From: Ascidiella aspersa
Lineage: Eukaryota
NCBI GenBank assembly: GCA_963924565.1
Contig: OZ004609.1
Location: 9,238,001-9,302,000, forward strand
DNA: 64,000 nucleotides
Direction of reading: 5' to 3'
This document shows, piece after piece, positions 29,973 through 42,288 of this stretch. The notes beneath the pieces were generated by a model. That model worked only from the letters and a program-made list of their open reading frames with translations. It did no database searches and was not told where the DNA came from. The position numbers and the translations under genes are program-made. Position 1 is the stretch's first letter. Every line of letters begins with the position of its first letter.

Positions 29973-32900
29973 CTGAAGTGATGGCGAGCCGTACACGGCG
30001 TTGTAGGTCGACCTTCTGTCAGCCCGCAAGCATAACTGAGGATGGCGAGAAATCTCGTTGGCCAACTCGACGGCAACTGTTAAAGCTGCGAAAAAATATA
30101 TAAACGTTTTCTGTGTGTTCTTGTTCAATATTAATTATCACGAATGACGGGTAAGATCGAAAAGAAAAGGGAAATCTGTCAGGTTCGGTTTGATCATTTC
30201 AATGTTCGGAGAAGAATTAAAAGAGCTTCAAAAATTAATTTATGTTTCAAAATAAATTTGCAATGTTTGCAGCACCTTTGATTCTTGTTGGTGTCACACT
30301 TTTCTATCAAAAATATCCCATTATCTAAGCGAAAAACGTGAAGCGACCGGCGGAGTCCTAAAATCGCAAAAACCTAAAATTGGTTTCGGATTACAAAAAG
30401 ACATAACCCCAAATTAGGACGCAAAATTTTAGGCCGTATTCGTGGCATATACAATTTCGAATGTGGTTATTACGAGTGAGCGGGACCATGCTAAACAGGG
30501 CACTTCCTGAGGCTATTTAGAAATGAACAAATTAGAAAAATCAGAAAAAGTTGGGGAAAAAATGAAAAATGAAATAATACCAACATCAACCCAAACGCTG
30601 GCCTGACCCTAACCCAAATCAATATATAATCGTTGCATACCCGAGCGATCCGGAAAACTATAGCCACTTTATATAAATCAAACATATTCCAATTGACACA
30701 TGTTTATCGTAGAAACCATTTGGCATTTTAAAGAAAAAACAGTTTTCTACAAAAGGAAAAATGATTTGTTAAAATAAGGAAGTGAAGTTGTTTTCAAAAG
30801 AATGGAGGTAGTTGTTTAACGCCTCTTGAATTGCTATTTAAAATTTTTTTAACGACGCGTGAAGTTAGTAAATATAGCACCCACCAGCTATCAAAGCTTT
30901 ATCGTAAAAACTTTTAGGTATTTCGAAAAGCAGACGTTTTGTCGAAAATTTAAAGTGGTTTTATTGTTACTCCTGGACATTTTGCGCCCACCGTGGTTCA
31001 ATATGTTCATTTTAAAAGATTTCACTACTGTGAAATTCTGTTCATGACGAAGAACGACAGAAATTTAATGGCAATTTATGTTACTAGAAAACGCACTACT
31101 TAAACAACTCCGGTGTAGTAAACAGGGTTTTAAGTTCGCGCAGTTGCGCAAATCCTTTCTTTACTTTTCACCCGCAAATATACTGGCGTAATTAGAATTT
31201 CATCAAAATATCAAAACAAAGCAGTTATATATATCCGAAGCAATTCCTGCAGTTTAATTGACATTCAGACGAGTTTAGTTACAAAGAACAATACCTTCAG
31301 ATAAATTTAGCAACCGAACAGCAATAGAGGGTAAGCTCGTTTTCAAGGCAAAATCGAACAAATTACGTTTCTTTTGAAAATCACAAATTGCTTTCAGAAA
31401 AAAACAATCCCCACGTTGCGTTGCAACGTTATTGTGCAATTTAACATGGGCGTACGTCACAATAAGGGTATGCGCAAACGTCACAATGAAGTGCTGCATT
31501 GTTTTTTCTGACGTGAGGCCGTGTGACTAAATATCGAACAGTTAAAAAATCACTGCGTCAAAATTACGTTTCTCTACATAAGTCTTTGCCATCATGCAGA
31601 TGACTATTTAGAAACAAAACGGACCTCATTCAAATACTATACACGAATAAATTCTAAAGTGCCATGTCCATTAGGGTTGTTCAAAAAAACACTTTTTTGT
31701 CAAATTTCAGTGGGGACCCCCTGGAATTGTTAGGTTGCGTCTGAAAACCCCACAAACCAAATCTGAGCACGTTTGGTTCAGTATTGACTGTGCTACGTCA
31801 ATTTGAAAATCCAGATTTGGGCTAAAATTTTGAAAAAAATTTATTGTCCTACCCCTAAAAAAAAATTTTTTCTTCTTTTTTTGCATTGCTTTGCAATTGA
31901 ATAGCCATAAATTATCCTGTTTTGCAGTAAAAAAGTGAGTAGTCATGGTACAAATGTCACATTTCAACAACATTTGTTGACTGTTTTGTACAAAAAATGG
32001 CTTTTTAGCACATTTTTTAAACTTTAGATAAGTAATTGATATAATTGTGTGAATTACTAAATGCACCATTATGTTAATGTTAATTGGATGTCATGTTTGC
32101 TGCATCTACTTTATTTTAAAATTTTAAGCCAATTTTCATACATAACAGCCTAACAAATATTGTTGAAATGTGACATTTGTACCATGACTACTCACTTTTT
32201 TACTGCAAAACAGGTTAATTTATGGCTATTCACTTGCAAAGCAATGCAAAAAAAAAAAAGAAAACAAATTATTTAGGGGGAGGACAATTTATTTTTTTTT
32301 AAATATCAGCCAAAATCTGAATTTTCAAATTGACGTAGCACGGTCAATACTGAACCAAACGTGCTCAGATTTGGTTTGTGGGTTTTTTTAGACGCAACCT
32401 AACAATTCCAGGGGGTCCCCACTGAAATTTTACAAAAAAGTGTTTTTTTGAACAACCCTAATGTCCATATTAAGTGTTTAGTAACACCAACATGACTAGA
32501 ACTTAATAAGATAGAAAAACTCTAATCTATTAGTGCGCAAATCACTTGCTAAAGCAGCCTGTTTATAACGAAATGTTCAAGCACACTAATATGGCAAGAA
32601 ATAAACTGGGAACAGAAACTCAATAAATCGATTAAGTTAGAAATAGCAGATTTGGAATTCAAATGTTTATATTTTATAACGAACACAAAGATGAAAGATC
32701 ATGGACCGGATATAATATCATGCAGTGACCTAATTTGACTAAGCGAAGGAAACGCACACACAAAAACTCTGTATGAAGTATATAGTAAGCTTTTTAAATT
32801 GTCATTTGGTTTAACATTTTATAAAAATTCGTTAGTTTTGAAACACTAAGCACGGATCTGTTCATAATCTTCAGTAGAAAGCGAGTGGCCCAAATAATAG

Positions 32901-35900
32901 ATTTTATCACCGTTACTTCGCGACTTCTTTTTTTCTGTTTATATAGCGTTCTAAAACGTCCGAGCGTCTAATGACTCGTTTTTATCTTAGCCTCACTTAC
33001 CGCACTGATGATGGCAAAAAGAACTTGCCGAAACGTTCGTTAGTTTTCATTTAACAAAAATTTCCGAGAATAAAAACTATTAAAAAACATCTGCGGGCCT
33101 TAAGAATTTAAATGACGGCCCGGATTTGGCCCGCGACCGAAATTAATTGACCCCTGCTATAGAGCATACAGAGCACTGTTTTACAAATAAGTGTTTAAAT
33201 AAAGTTTGTCGCACGGACTTTGCGCCTAGGTATAAGTATGTTATAGTTGCGTCTAGGGATGTCCGATAATAACGGTTTGGAGCCGATATCCGATGCCAGG
33301 TGATAATATCGGTTCTCGTCCGGTACTGAGACCAAACTATAATATAGGTATTTTAGCCATGAATTGCAATGCAACATAGCGACTCAATCTTAAAAGCAGA
33401 TTTATTTGAAAAGGTAGGTTAACAACTGTTGGTAATTAAACGTGTTTTAACGCCAAAAAGCACTTCATTAATATCGGATTAGATCGCGACACTTACTCTA
33501 AATTATTGGGTATCGGTATGGGATTTAAATGTCAAGTAACGGAAATCCCAGCTTGCGTCTGCTTTTCAGAAGTAGATGTTTTTAACGAAGGCTTGTGCGC
33601 GATGTTTTTTCGTAGTAAGATTGCTCCATATGCTGCATGGAGTGCTGAAACTGAGCGGCGGAAAGGGAAATCGCGTGGTCCCGTCCTTAGTTTAAAGTCC
33701 CACAGCTGATCACAGTATAAATAAGCCATTATCTATATGCGCTCCAAACTTTAGCAATAAAACTGAAATTAGAATGGCACATCGTTGGAATGAAACACTC
33801 TTCGAAATAATATTAAAATTGAACTTATAGCTTATAGTCCTAATAAATTCTAAATCGGAAATAGACCTAAACCGACAAAATACTTAAATAGGCAGTGTAA
33901 AATCTGAACAACCTTTAAATCAGTGGTTCTCAACCTGTTTTCTTTCGTGGCCCATTTACGTTGCAGAAAAATTATTCGGCTGTAAAATAGCTTTAGAACA
34001 CTGATTTCACTGTAAAATAGCTTTAAACAAAACTTACCAGAACATATTTCAAAACAAATTATTTATTTAACCGTGCATCAGTGCGATACTTGCGGCTGAA
34101 TAATAAATTTACATTCCCTTTTAATTCCTCCCAAAGCCATTATCCTTGTAAAATTAAATATAATAACACAAATGAAACTAAATCTAGCTTTTTAAATTGG
34201 TCTGTGGCCCACCTCAAATGTTCTTATGGCCCACCAGTGAGCCATGGCCCACTGGTTGAGAACCGCTGCTTTAAATGATCAAATTCAACCACGAGTTGCC
34301 TCACTAATTCTACTAAAATTTCAACCCTAACCCAAATTCTAATAGTCTACTATAGGCCGTTCAAATCTTATTCCGATGGATTTAGGGCATATTCCGACGG
34401 GTTTATGCCTTATTCCGACGAGGTTAGCTCTTTATGCCGTAGATGTTACTATACGTATTCGGTTGTATTATGTTGTTGGTCCTACTGCTATTATACGATA
34501 ATATTAATAGATAATTTTGCCTTAGATATCATTCTCCTATAGTGTTAGCTGTTAGGTCGTATTACGGGTTCACACAAACAACCTTGTCTAAACCACCGCA
34601 ATAACAACTAACATTAATATACGGTTTAAATCTGGTGTAAAAACACGTGGAATTTCTAGCGAAAATGCTTGGGAGTGCGACAAAGCCTGTTTTTAACAAA
34701 GAAATTGTCAACTTAGAGTTGTATAGATACCTCATCTTTTTCGGTCAGAGCCCGTTACCGATACCTGATAACGGGTGATAGTAACAGTACACGTTTTTTC
34801 TTCTTTCAATTTACATTTCTTTAAAAACGGTGAATTTTGAACAGTCGAAGGGAAACTATAGGCTTTATCAACCCAAAGAAACGTTAGCCTGGTTACCTGG
34901 GAAACATCACCTTAATTGGTACATTTGACACTGATGGCAATGTTTGCTATTAGCTTAAGCGGGAGCAATTTTAGCCCGAAAGATCAGAAATCGGTATCAG
35001 AAAGCGAGCTTAGTAATTCGTACACGAAAGAAGCCAACGTCACTGAACGAATGTGACGTCATGGCGCTGTACCCACCTTCACCGTCGCGGGCGATCCGAT
35101 TGGCCAGCCCGATGCGCTGGGCCTCTTCGGACTCGACGATTCTTCCGGTCAGTATGAGGTCAAGGGCAGTGGACAGGCCCACCAAACTCGGTAGCCGCGC
35201 CTGACGAGGAAAAATGAATTAAAAAAAGAAAATAAGTCACTTAAACTTATTTATTAGTTATTGTGTATAGAATTTGTAGCCTTGGTCATATATGGAAGGT
35301 CACTTTTTTACGGATTGTCTTAAGTTACATTGGAACACAAGTGTATTTTTACGCTGATGATGGCATGGGGTAGTGCCGAAACGTTTGTAATAGCAAAATG
35401 TAGATTTTATCGAATTTACTGGCTTATTATTGATAATAACTGGAATATTTATATATATATTTTTTATTTTTACTGGAATATTTTTATTGATATACTTAAG
35501 TTACAATATTTGTAAATGGCCGTACGTCTTATTCTAAATAGAGGAATCATGTGGCACTAAATAAAGACAAATTGTATTGAATTCTAGACAAGCTTTTGCA
35601 CAACCGTGTTTCATCAGGTCAAAGTATCTTATGTTACAGATTTTATTACGAAATATTTTACAACAGGGACGGCAAATTTGTTTCACAAGGGCCGGGTAAC
35701 TATAGGGACTGAAGTGCGCTGATATAAAATGTTGTTTGATCATGGCTTCACTAATGTTATTAAAAAATAGAAACGTTAAAAATAATTACAGAAATATTGA
35801 GTGAGCGTTTCAAAATGATCATTCAGCCTAAAATTCAATAAAAATTGAGTTAATGTTTTCATTTGAAAAATTGTTCAGTTAATAAACTTTTTGAAATCAG

Positions 35901-38900
35901 CTGTCGGCAGCTAACACAAGATTTACCCCGTTCGCAAAGAAATAAAGGAAAAATACGATATTATCGATTAACCGATATACCGTTCTAGCTTGTTTACAAG
36001 AAATACATATTTCGCCAAGGCGGAATTATCGGTTCTAGTAAAAAAGTAATTACCAACGTCGAGGTAGCAAGGGCTTATCCAGGGGTAGTCGTCTAACAAC
36101 AACGTTTATGACGTTTGTTTCAGCGTACAAACTTGTTTATAATGTCACCATTGAGTTTGTGGCAATGGTCTTTGTGAGGAAATGGAAATGATTGTAATTC
36201 TACGACCGGTGCATACCCGTTTCGTAACACTGGCTAACACAATTTTGTTACGCGACTGTATTCTCTGAAAAAACGACATATTTCCCACATAATTCGTTAA
36301 GAAAAAAGTATATTCGAGTATCGACTCTGATCCGATATTATTGGACATAAATACAGCACTCACAGTTTTGCAACACGGGGTAAGAATTTTGTTACGCAAT
36401 TAAATTCTTTGAAGCGACATACTTCTTAAGTATTACGTTAAGAAAAAAATATTCCGGTATCGACTCCGATCTGATATTATCAGACATCCCTACAGTACTT
36501 ACGGTTCCGCCGTCGATAAGAGGCACTCCGAACCTCCGACTGAGCACACCGACGCGAGCCGACTCCTCGAAAACGCGCAGGTCGCACATTAGCGCCAGTT
36601 CGAGACCTCCGGCCACACCAAAACCGTTCACCGCCGCTATCACTGGCTTCTCGATCTGCAGGCGCGTCGGACCCTGGGCGAAAAAACACAAAAAGTAAAG
36701 TTTTTTTAAAATTTTGAGAATTCGAGTTTAAAGGTTTTTAATTTTCACTTTGGTTTACGTTCTTCTTTTGTGGCACAGATATACTATGTATTACTTTTGG
36801 TTCCAGCTACCGACAAGGATTAGAAAAAAAATATCGAATTTATAATAAACGCTAAATAGCTTGCAAACAACTCGGACAAAACCACAGCGAAAAACTTCAC
36901 AAACAAAAAATACTGGTTTCTTTTCGACATCACAAAAACTAAATAGAAATCTGGGTGCTTTCAAAAACGCAGCTATACCGAAATCAGTCGGCCTATTTCA
37001 AGCATGCAGCAAGACATGGCCAGAATATATTAGCCCGTGGTGAGATTTGAACTCGCGATCGAGGCCATAAGAGATCATCGCTATACAAGTGTACATTACA
37101 CATGTCTAGCGAACAAGGTACCTTATAGACAGGGTCGTACGTGATTAATGAACCTAATTAAATTACGGGATTTCGGCAAGTGGTGATATTTCGCCGTGAC
37201 AAGTGCTGATTGGCAGAAACTGGCTCGATTGGAGAATACAAATTTAATTTAATTATCAAGCTGAAACTTTGTTGTGGCGTTATCGTTAGTTTCACAATTT
37301 GTGCTTTCGCGGATTGATTTTTAAGGTTAACGCCAATCGCTATGTTATCTGTTTTGTGTGTTTCGCTACAAGTTAGTAATTGCAAAATGACCTTTTGCCT
37401 AAAGCAAGTGAATTTGTACAAACAGTAGCACTGATAGTGTAAACAAAAATTAATATTTTATGTTTTAAAGGACTTGTAATAACGGCTGTAGTTTATTTAG
37501 GTTAACAAAACACGCCCATTACCCAAACTTGTTTTTTTTAAGACGGTTTTTAAGAACTGACACTTAACCCAAAACAGTTTCCAACAAAATGTAAAAACAA
37601 AACATCTAAAACCAACTTAGGCCGCACTAGGTTAATGCAGTAGCTCAAAGAATATCACTAATGCAAAAACAAATTCAGAATACTAAACGAATTGCAAAAA
37701 AGAAATAAAAAGTTTTTCCCATAAGGTAAACTAGTCAAGGTCGTTTTAAATTTATGATTTTGGTTCATCGATTTAGCATTAACGTTATTCCTAAGATTAC
37801 TTTAAAAACAAGTTTAGAGACTGATGAAAATTGGAATTTAAATTGAAATATTTATTGATCTAATATAATATGCTACTAATGTAAGACCTTAGTAAGAACA
37901 GCTTGGAGTTAACACAACTACACATATAATAATAATTATCCATATGGTCCAAAGGGATTTAAAAAGGCCCCAAAGGACTTATATTACATTAGTAAACCAA
38001 CTTAGTCTAGGATTAAGCACAGTGCAACAAATTATGGAATTTTTAACAACTGAATGGCCTAATATTACAATTTGCTAATTATTTATCATAATGTAAGCCT
38101 GTAGAAGCAGAATACAGAGATTAATAGGTAAAGCTAGTTGATTATTTACCACCAAACGCCCCGAACAGTTGAAATAATTAGATTTTAATTTGTAGCAAAA
38201 TGAATGAACTAAACATGTCAAAACACTAATTCATCAGTCAAAAAACATGCCATTTAGAAAATTAAATATATGCAGCATATTTTAAAATATAAAAGCGATT
38301 GTCAATAACAGGGTTGCCACTCAATTTTATAAAAAAAAATCAATGATATCGAAAGACTATGGAAATAATTATTCGGTTTTTAGAAAAAAACATTAGTAGG
38401 TTTTAAAAAAAAACATTAGTAGCTTAAGACTTTTTTTAATACATTAAGGTTTAAGCAATTCATAGACGTTCAGAGAATTTGTGGAAATCTTGAATAAACA
38501 TATATGCATTATTATATATATATATATTAAAATATATAGACATCCCTACATTAAAATATATAATATTATATAAAATATTATATAAATATATAATATTATT
38601 AAAATATATATATTATATAAAACAAATAAAAAGGTGCTAAATTTCCCTTTCCAAAAAAAACAACACACATGACAGGATAAAATAAAAACATTCCTTGTTG
38701 CACCAACTATCTTCACTAACCTTTATACAAAGCTGAATTTGATCAAACATAAAACTCTTTGAAGGCTGTTTAAATTACAAGGTGGTGTTTAAAGCGAATT
38801 AAGTTTTAAAGTTTGGTCAAACAAACTTTTTTACTATTAACTTTGCAAAACAAGCTAACATAAGTTGAAAAAAATATATATATTATAAATTGCAAAGCCA

Positions 38901-41372
38901 AAATTATCGAGTAGATCAACATCATCTTGATTAAGACGTTTTGATACTAACTGGGACACTCCATCTTATATAAGTGATGCTGGAATTACTACTTCTCAGG
39001 TCACATTAACTAAAGATAATACAAGCTTGTATCAAAACGTCTTATTTAATATGATGTCGATCTACTTGACCTTTTTGGGTTTGTAATTCATTCAAGCTAC
39101 ATTTCAGATCCATGCATAGTGTACCCAAATATAATATTTATATATATATATATACTATAGTGAAATTTCAAATTTCAATACCATTGCGCCATAGGTCTTC
39201 ATGTGATTTTTTACTTCTTCGCTGAGCAAATTGTTTGAAGCCGCCAGTTCCTTCATATCATATCCAGCACAAAAGTGGTTTCCTGTGATAATATATTAAA
39301 GGAAAAACAACTAAATCATAAATATTAGCAAAACGTCAAAGCCCACTAACATCTTTATTAGCGTAGTTCATTAATGTATGATTTAAATACTTTTTATCTC
39401 CAAATATGAATTAACAGTTTTAATATAAAAACAATATTTGTAGTATAAGATATTTAAATCGAGATTTACAATCTTTGTAAAATCCTAAGGTACAAGCAGT
39501 AACCTCCTACAAAAACTCTCAGTAAATAACAAAATGATAATATGTAAAATCATTAAAACAATTAAAATGTTTAACAGGCAAAAATCAGCGGAAATATGAA
39601 TGGTAACAAAACAAAAAAATCTTGTTCCACGTCAAGTGATTCTGATTAAACTCCTCAGTAAAATAAATTAGTCATTAGTAGAGCGATTATGTTTTGACTT
39701 GTCAAAAAGAGTCAAAATTTACACATTAGGTCAAAATTTGTCAAAATTGTTTCAAGTTATAATCGACTAAAATGCATATAAATCGATTACAAAATTAAAA
39801 AAAAAAATATAGTCAGCTTTTAAAAATATCATTCAGTTTTATTTTTTTAATTCTTCATTCAATTTTTGAAAAAAAATTAGCTTTGATTTATATTCAATGG
39901 TATGTTAACTGTAATCTTGATTAGAGCAAAATACGGTATACGCTAGCAGAATTAACCACCGATGCCTCTCTGATTCGGACAAATGTATTGAACAGTATTT
40001 GCTGTGTTTTATCGCTTGTGATTTGCAATTATCCCAATTCCATTTCGATATCTTGGTCTTTGTTAGTTTTCTGCAATTATTTTTACGTTGTATTTTAACT
40101 GTTTACACCACAATTTTTTAATTCAGCATTTTTTAGATTTGTCTTTTTGAAATGACAAAAAATATCAACTATATATGCATTTTTATGAGTTTTGCATTAA
40201 CCCGAAAAAAATAACTGATTGTTGTGTTCGATTTGTAGTCGGTAAAACATCAAAAATGTGTGGTTGACCACGCCAAGACACTAATTCAGTACTTTAAACA
40301 ACAATATGTAGTTTAAACCAATGTATTTCTAACAGGTCGAAATTTTGTTAAAATAAATTATTTTTTGGTCAAAACTTCCTATTTTTTAGGTCAAAAAATA
40401 ATCGCCCTAGTCATTAGTAAATGAAAATATATTTGTTTAGATAAATATATACTACTTATATAAGAGCATTATATTAGTATGCAACAACACAACAAAAGAC
40501 ATAATTAAGGAGCAAAATAGAAAATAGAACCCTAAACCTGTGTTCTAGCAAGTGGTACAGTACCAAAGCCACAAGTGCTTCAACTGGATTAATATTCATT
40601 TAGTAAAAAAAATACCATGCACCACCACCCACTAAAATCAAAAAAAGTGATAAACATGCGACTAAGTGAAACAAATAAAAAATAAGATAAGTTAAATAAA
40701 ACCCTTTTTTTCACGCTAAATATTTCATATTTTATTTATTTATCTTTCTAAATTGTTGAGGGTTTTTGGTAATGGCACAAACAATGTATGTCGATATTAC
40801 GCACCAACGCCATGCAAAACAGCGACGTTGCTTTTTGTGTCATTTTCGAATGCTTCAAAAGCGACGCTCAGTTGGCGAGCCATGTCTTGGTTTACTGCGT
40901 TACGCGATCCAGGACGGTTGAGTCCAATTAAAGTGATTTTGCCCCTCTTGTCAATCGTGACCGGGTCCACAGCCGGTTCTACAAAGTTGTACAGAATTAA
41001 ACATGAAAAATATTCAATTACTACAGGATAGAGTATAAGAATAGTATACAAGTATATAATTGAATTAACTATTATTCAAAAAAATATGTAATATTAACAT
41101 CATGATAGTAATACAAAGATAATACAAGTGAGGTAAAAAACAACTTAACAATGTTTAACAATATTATATATGTATTCAAGCTCAAACAAATTCTTTGTAT
41201 TTCATCAAAATCAAAAGTTTGCATTTTATAATAAACTATTGTACTAAAGTAAATAAGTAATAGTTTTACCTGATTCCATATCAAGTGAGATATTTCGAAC
41301 AGCATTGTGCCATGGAACCGAGCACACTTTTCCACCAACGATGACATTTTTTGAAAACTGAGAGGCAATCAT
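29973..41372 (-). CDS. Enoyl-CoA hydratase/isomerase (crotonase) family protein, probably mitochondrial; last exon not identified
   Basis: Exons 41372-41270 (MIASQFSKNV..., presequence-like), 40978-40805 (IGLNRPGSRNAVN...VAVLHGV), 39282-39182 (NHFCAGYDMKE), 36673-36503 (KPVIAAVNGFGVAGGLELALMCDLRV...FGVPLIDGGT), 35200-35077 (RLPSLVGLSTALDLILTGRIV...EAQRIGLANRI), 30085-29973 (ALTVAVELANEISRHPQLCLRADRRS). Phases are consistent. Confidence 0.9.
31672..32460. mobile_element. hAT-type foldback MITE with about 300-bp inverted arms
   Basis: TIR TAGGGTTGTTCAAAAAAACAC; 8-bp TSD ATGTCCAT (31664-31671, 32461-32468). Only the left half is present in duplication copy 1 (24723-25097). Confidence 0.9.
33001..33043 (+). 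ncRNA. Hammerhead ribozyme motif, stem I degenerate
   Basis: CTGATGA-T-GGCAA(AAAGAAC)TTGCC-GAAA-CG-TT; AATAAA follows shortly downstream. Confidence 0.6.
33253..33525 (+). mobile_element. Fragment of the TAGGGATG/CCGATA-motif transposon family
   Basis: TAGGGATGTCCGATAAT...GAGCCGATA; related fragments near 1525-1575, 1917-2030, 2410-2880, 36290-36492 and 51680-52020. Confidence 0.6.
33921..34268. mobile_element. hAT (Charlie-like) MITE
   Basis: CAGTGGTTCTCAACC...GGTTGAGAACCGCTG; 8-bp TSD CTTTAAAT. Confidence 0.88.
35349..35390 (+). ncRNA. Minimal type I hammerhead ribozyme motif
   Basis: TTACG-CTGATGA-T-GGCA(TGGGGTAG)TGCC-GAAA-CG-TT-TGTAA; all core nucleotides and stems present. Confidence 0.78.
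35587..35620 (-). ncRNA. Degenerate hammerhead motif
   Basis: GAC-CTGATGA-AACAC(GGTT)GTGC-AAAA-GC-TT-GTC; GAAA mutated to AAAA. Confidence 0.5.
36940..37100 (-). mobile_element. Possible tRNA-derived SINE fragment
   Basis: Minus strand has a T-arm/B-box GCGAGTTCAAATCTCAC followed by an unrelated body. Confidence 0.42.
38505..38620. repeat. AT-rich (TA)n low-complexity tract
   Basis: Degenerate TA microsatellite. Confidence 0.7.
38888..39100. repeat. Repeat family with decayed hammerhead core, inverted pair
   Basis: 39005-39045 reads ATTAA-CTAAAGA-TAATAC(AAGCTT)GTATC-AAAA-CGTC-TTATT. An inverted partial copy lies at 38888-38947, with related copies at about 8575-8680 and 44965-45022. Confidence 0.55.
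39679..40409. mobile_element. hAT-like non-autonomous element
   Basis: Ends TAGAGCGATTAT...ATAATCGCCCTA; perfect 8-bp TSD GTCATTAG. Confidence 0.85.
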
Positions 41373-41663
41373 TCCAACTGTCCTAAAAAGTGTGCGCTCC
41401 ATGTTTTATATTTTATTTCAGATTTTTCTTAAGGAGAGAAACATATTTATTATCAGTAATTATAAACAGAGATGGTAATAAATACAGCCCGTACAGGTTT
41501 ACAAATTTAAACCATGCAAATAGACTAAACTCCTGTCAAATTATCTAGTTCAAATACATTGACTATTGACTAGGAATTTGCTACATATAATTAATTTTTA
41601 TTGCACAGTTATATGTAAAAATGACCAAAAGTCAGAATTGACTCAAACAAGTCATTACATCTC

Positions 41664-41723
41664 TGACGATAAGTTGTATGAAATGACGATAAGTTGTATG
41701 AAATGACGATAAGTTGTATGAAA
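41664..41723. repeat. 20-bp tandem repeat x 3
   Basis: TGACGATAAGTTGTATGAAA repeated three times exactly, upstream of the enoyl-CoA hydratase ATG exon. Confidence 0.92.
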
Positions 41724-42026
41724 AGCTATAGTGTGTCCATTTATTGTGATAAAATCTCTAAAATCTCACTGCCTATGATAACTCAGAGCTTAATTTTTTT
41801 TTATTGGATAACATTTAATTCAAAATACATAACTGCACTTCTGCACAAGTAAATCTGCTTTTACCTATTTTGGTTGATACTTCGGAATTTGCTTGCATTT
41901 GTGACGACAATTAAACACGTATAATATTCTCCTGATTCTTATAAGATACCATTCACAAAAACCGAGATAAATAACGGCTGTTCGACTGTTCGTGTTCTTA
42001 AATAACGGCAAACTAATATTTGTTTG

Positions 42027-42288
42027 GGCGCTCTTTCACTATTGTACGTAAAAATTAATAAAAAATGTTTTTCTTTAAATGCCGCATACCACAACGCATA
42101 TTGTTTGGGTTAGGGTGCGGGTTAGCGTTTGGTTGAGGGTGGGTTAAGTTATTATTAATAATAAACATAATATTACTTGACTCAAACGCTAACCCGCACC
42201 CTAACCCAAACAATATGCGTTGTGGTAAGCGGTATTATTATTGTTTTTTTTTTGCATAACTTTTCACGTACAATAGTGAAAGAGCGCC
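42027..42288. mobile_element. MITE with GGCGC termini, related internal sequence
   Basis: TIR GGCGCTCTTTCACTATTGTACG; 8-bp TSD TTTGTTTG; internal GGGTTAGGGTGCGGGTTAGCGTTTG shared with the 15.8/16.4 kb MITEs. Confidence 0.88.

Larger units (their letters stand above)
18149..32047. repeat. Direct tandem segmental duplication, 2 x 6,949 bp
   Basis: Copy 1 is 18149-25097 and copy 2 is 25098-32047. ORFs recur at an offset of exactly 6949. One substitution noticed (T18594 vs C25543). Confidence 0.97.

Noticed and set aside
39595-39660. HDV-like ribozyme (TTG-TTCCACGT-CAA)
   Set aside because: No convincing P1, P1.1 or P2 pairing.
41662-41723. CTGACGA...GAAA in the 20-bp repeat as a hammerhead, or the repeat as a CRISPR array
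   Set aside because: No stem II or stem I pairing; the units are contiguous with no spacers and the context is eukaryotic.
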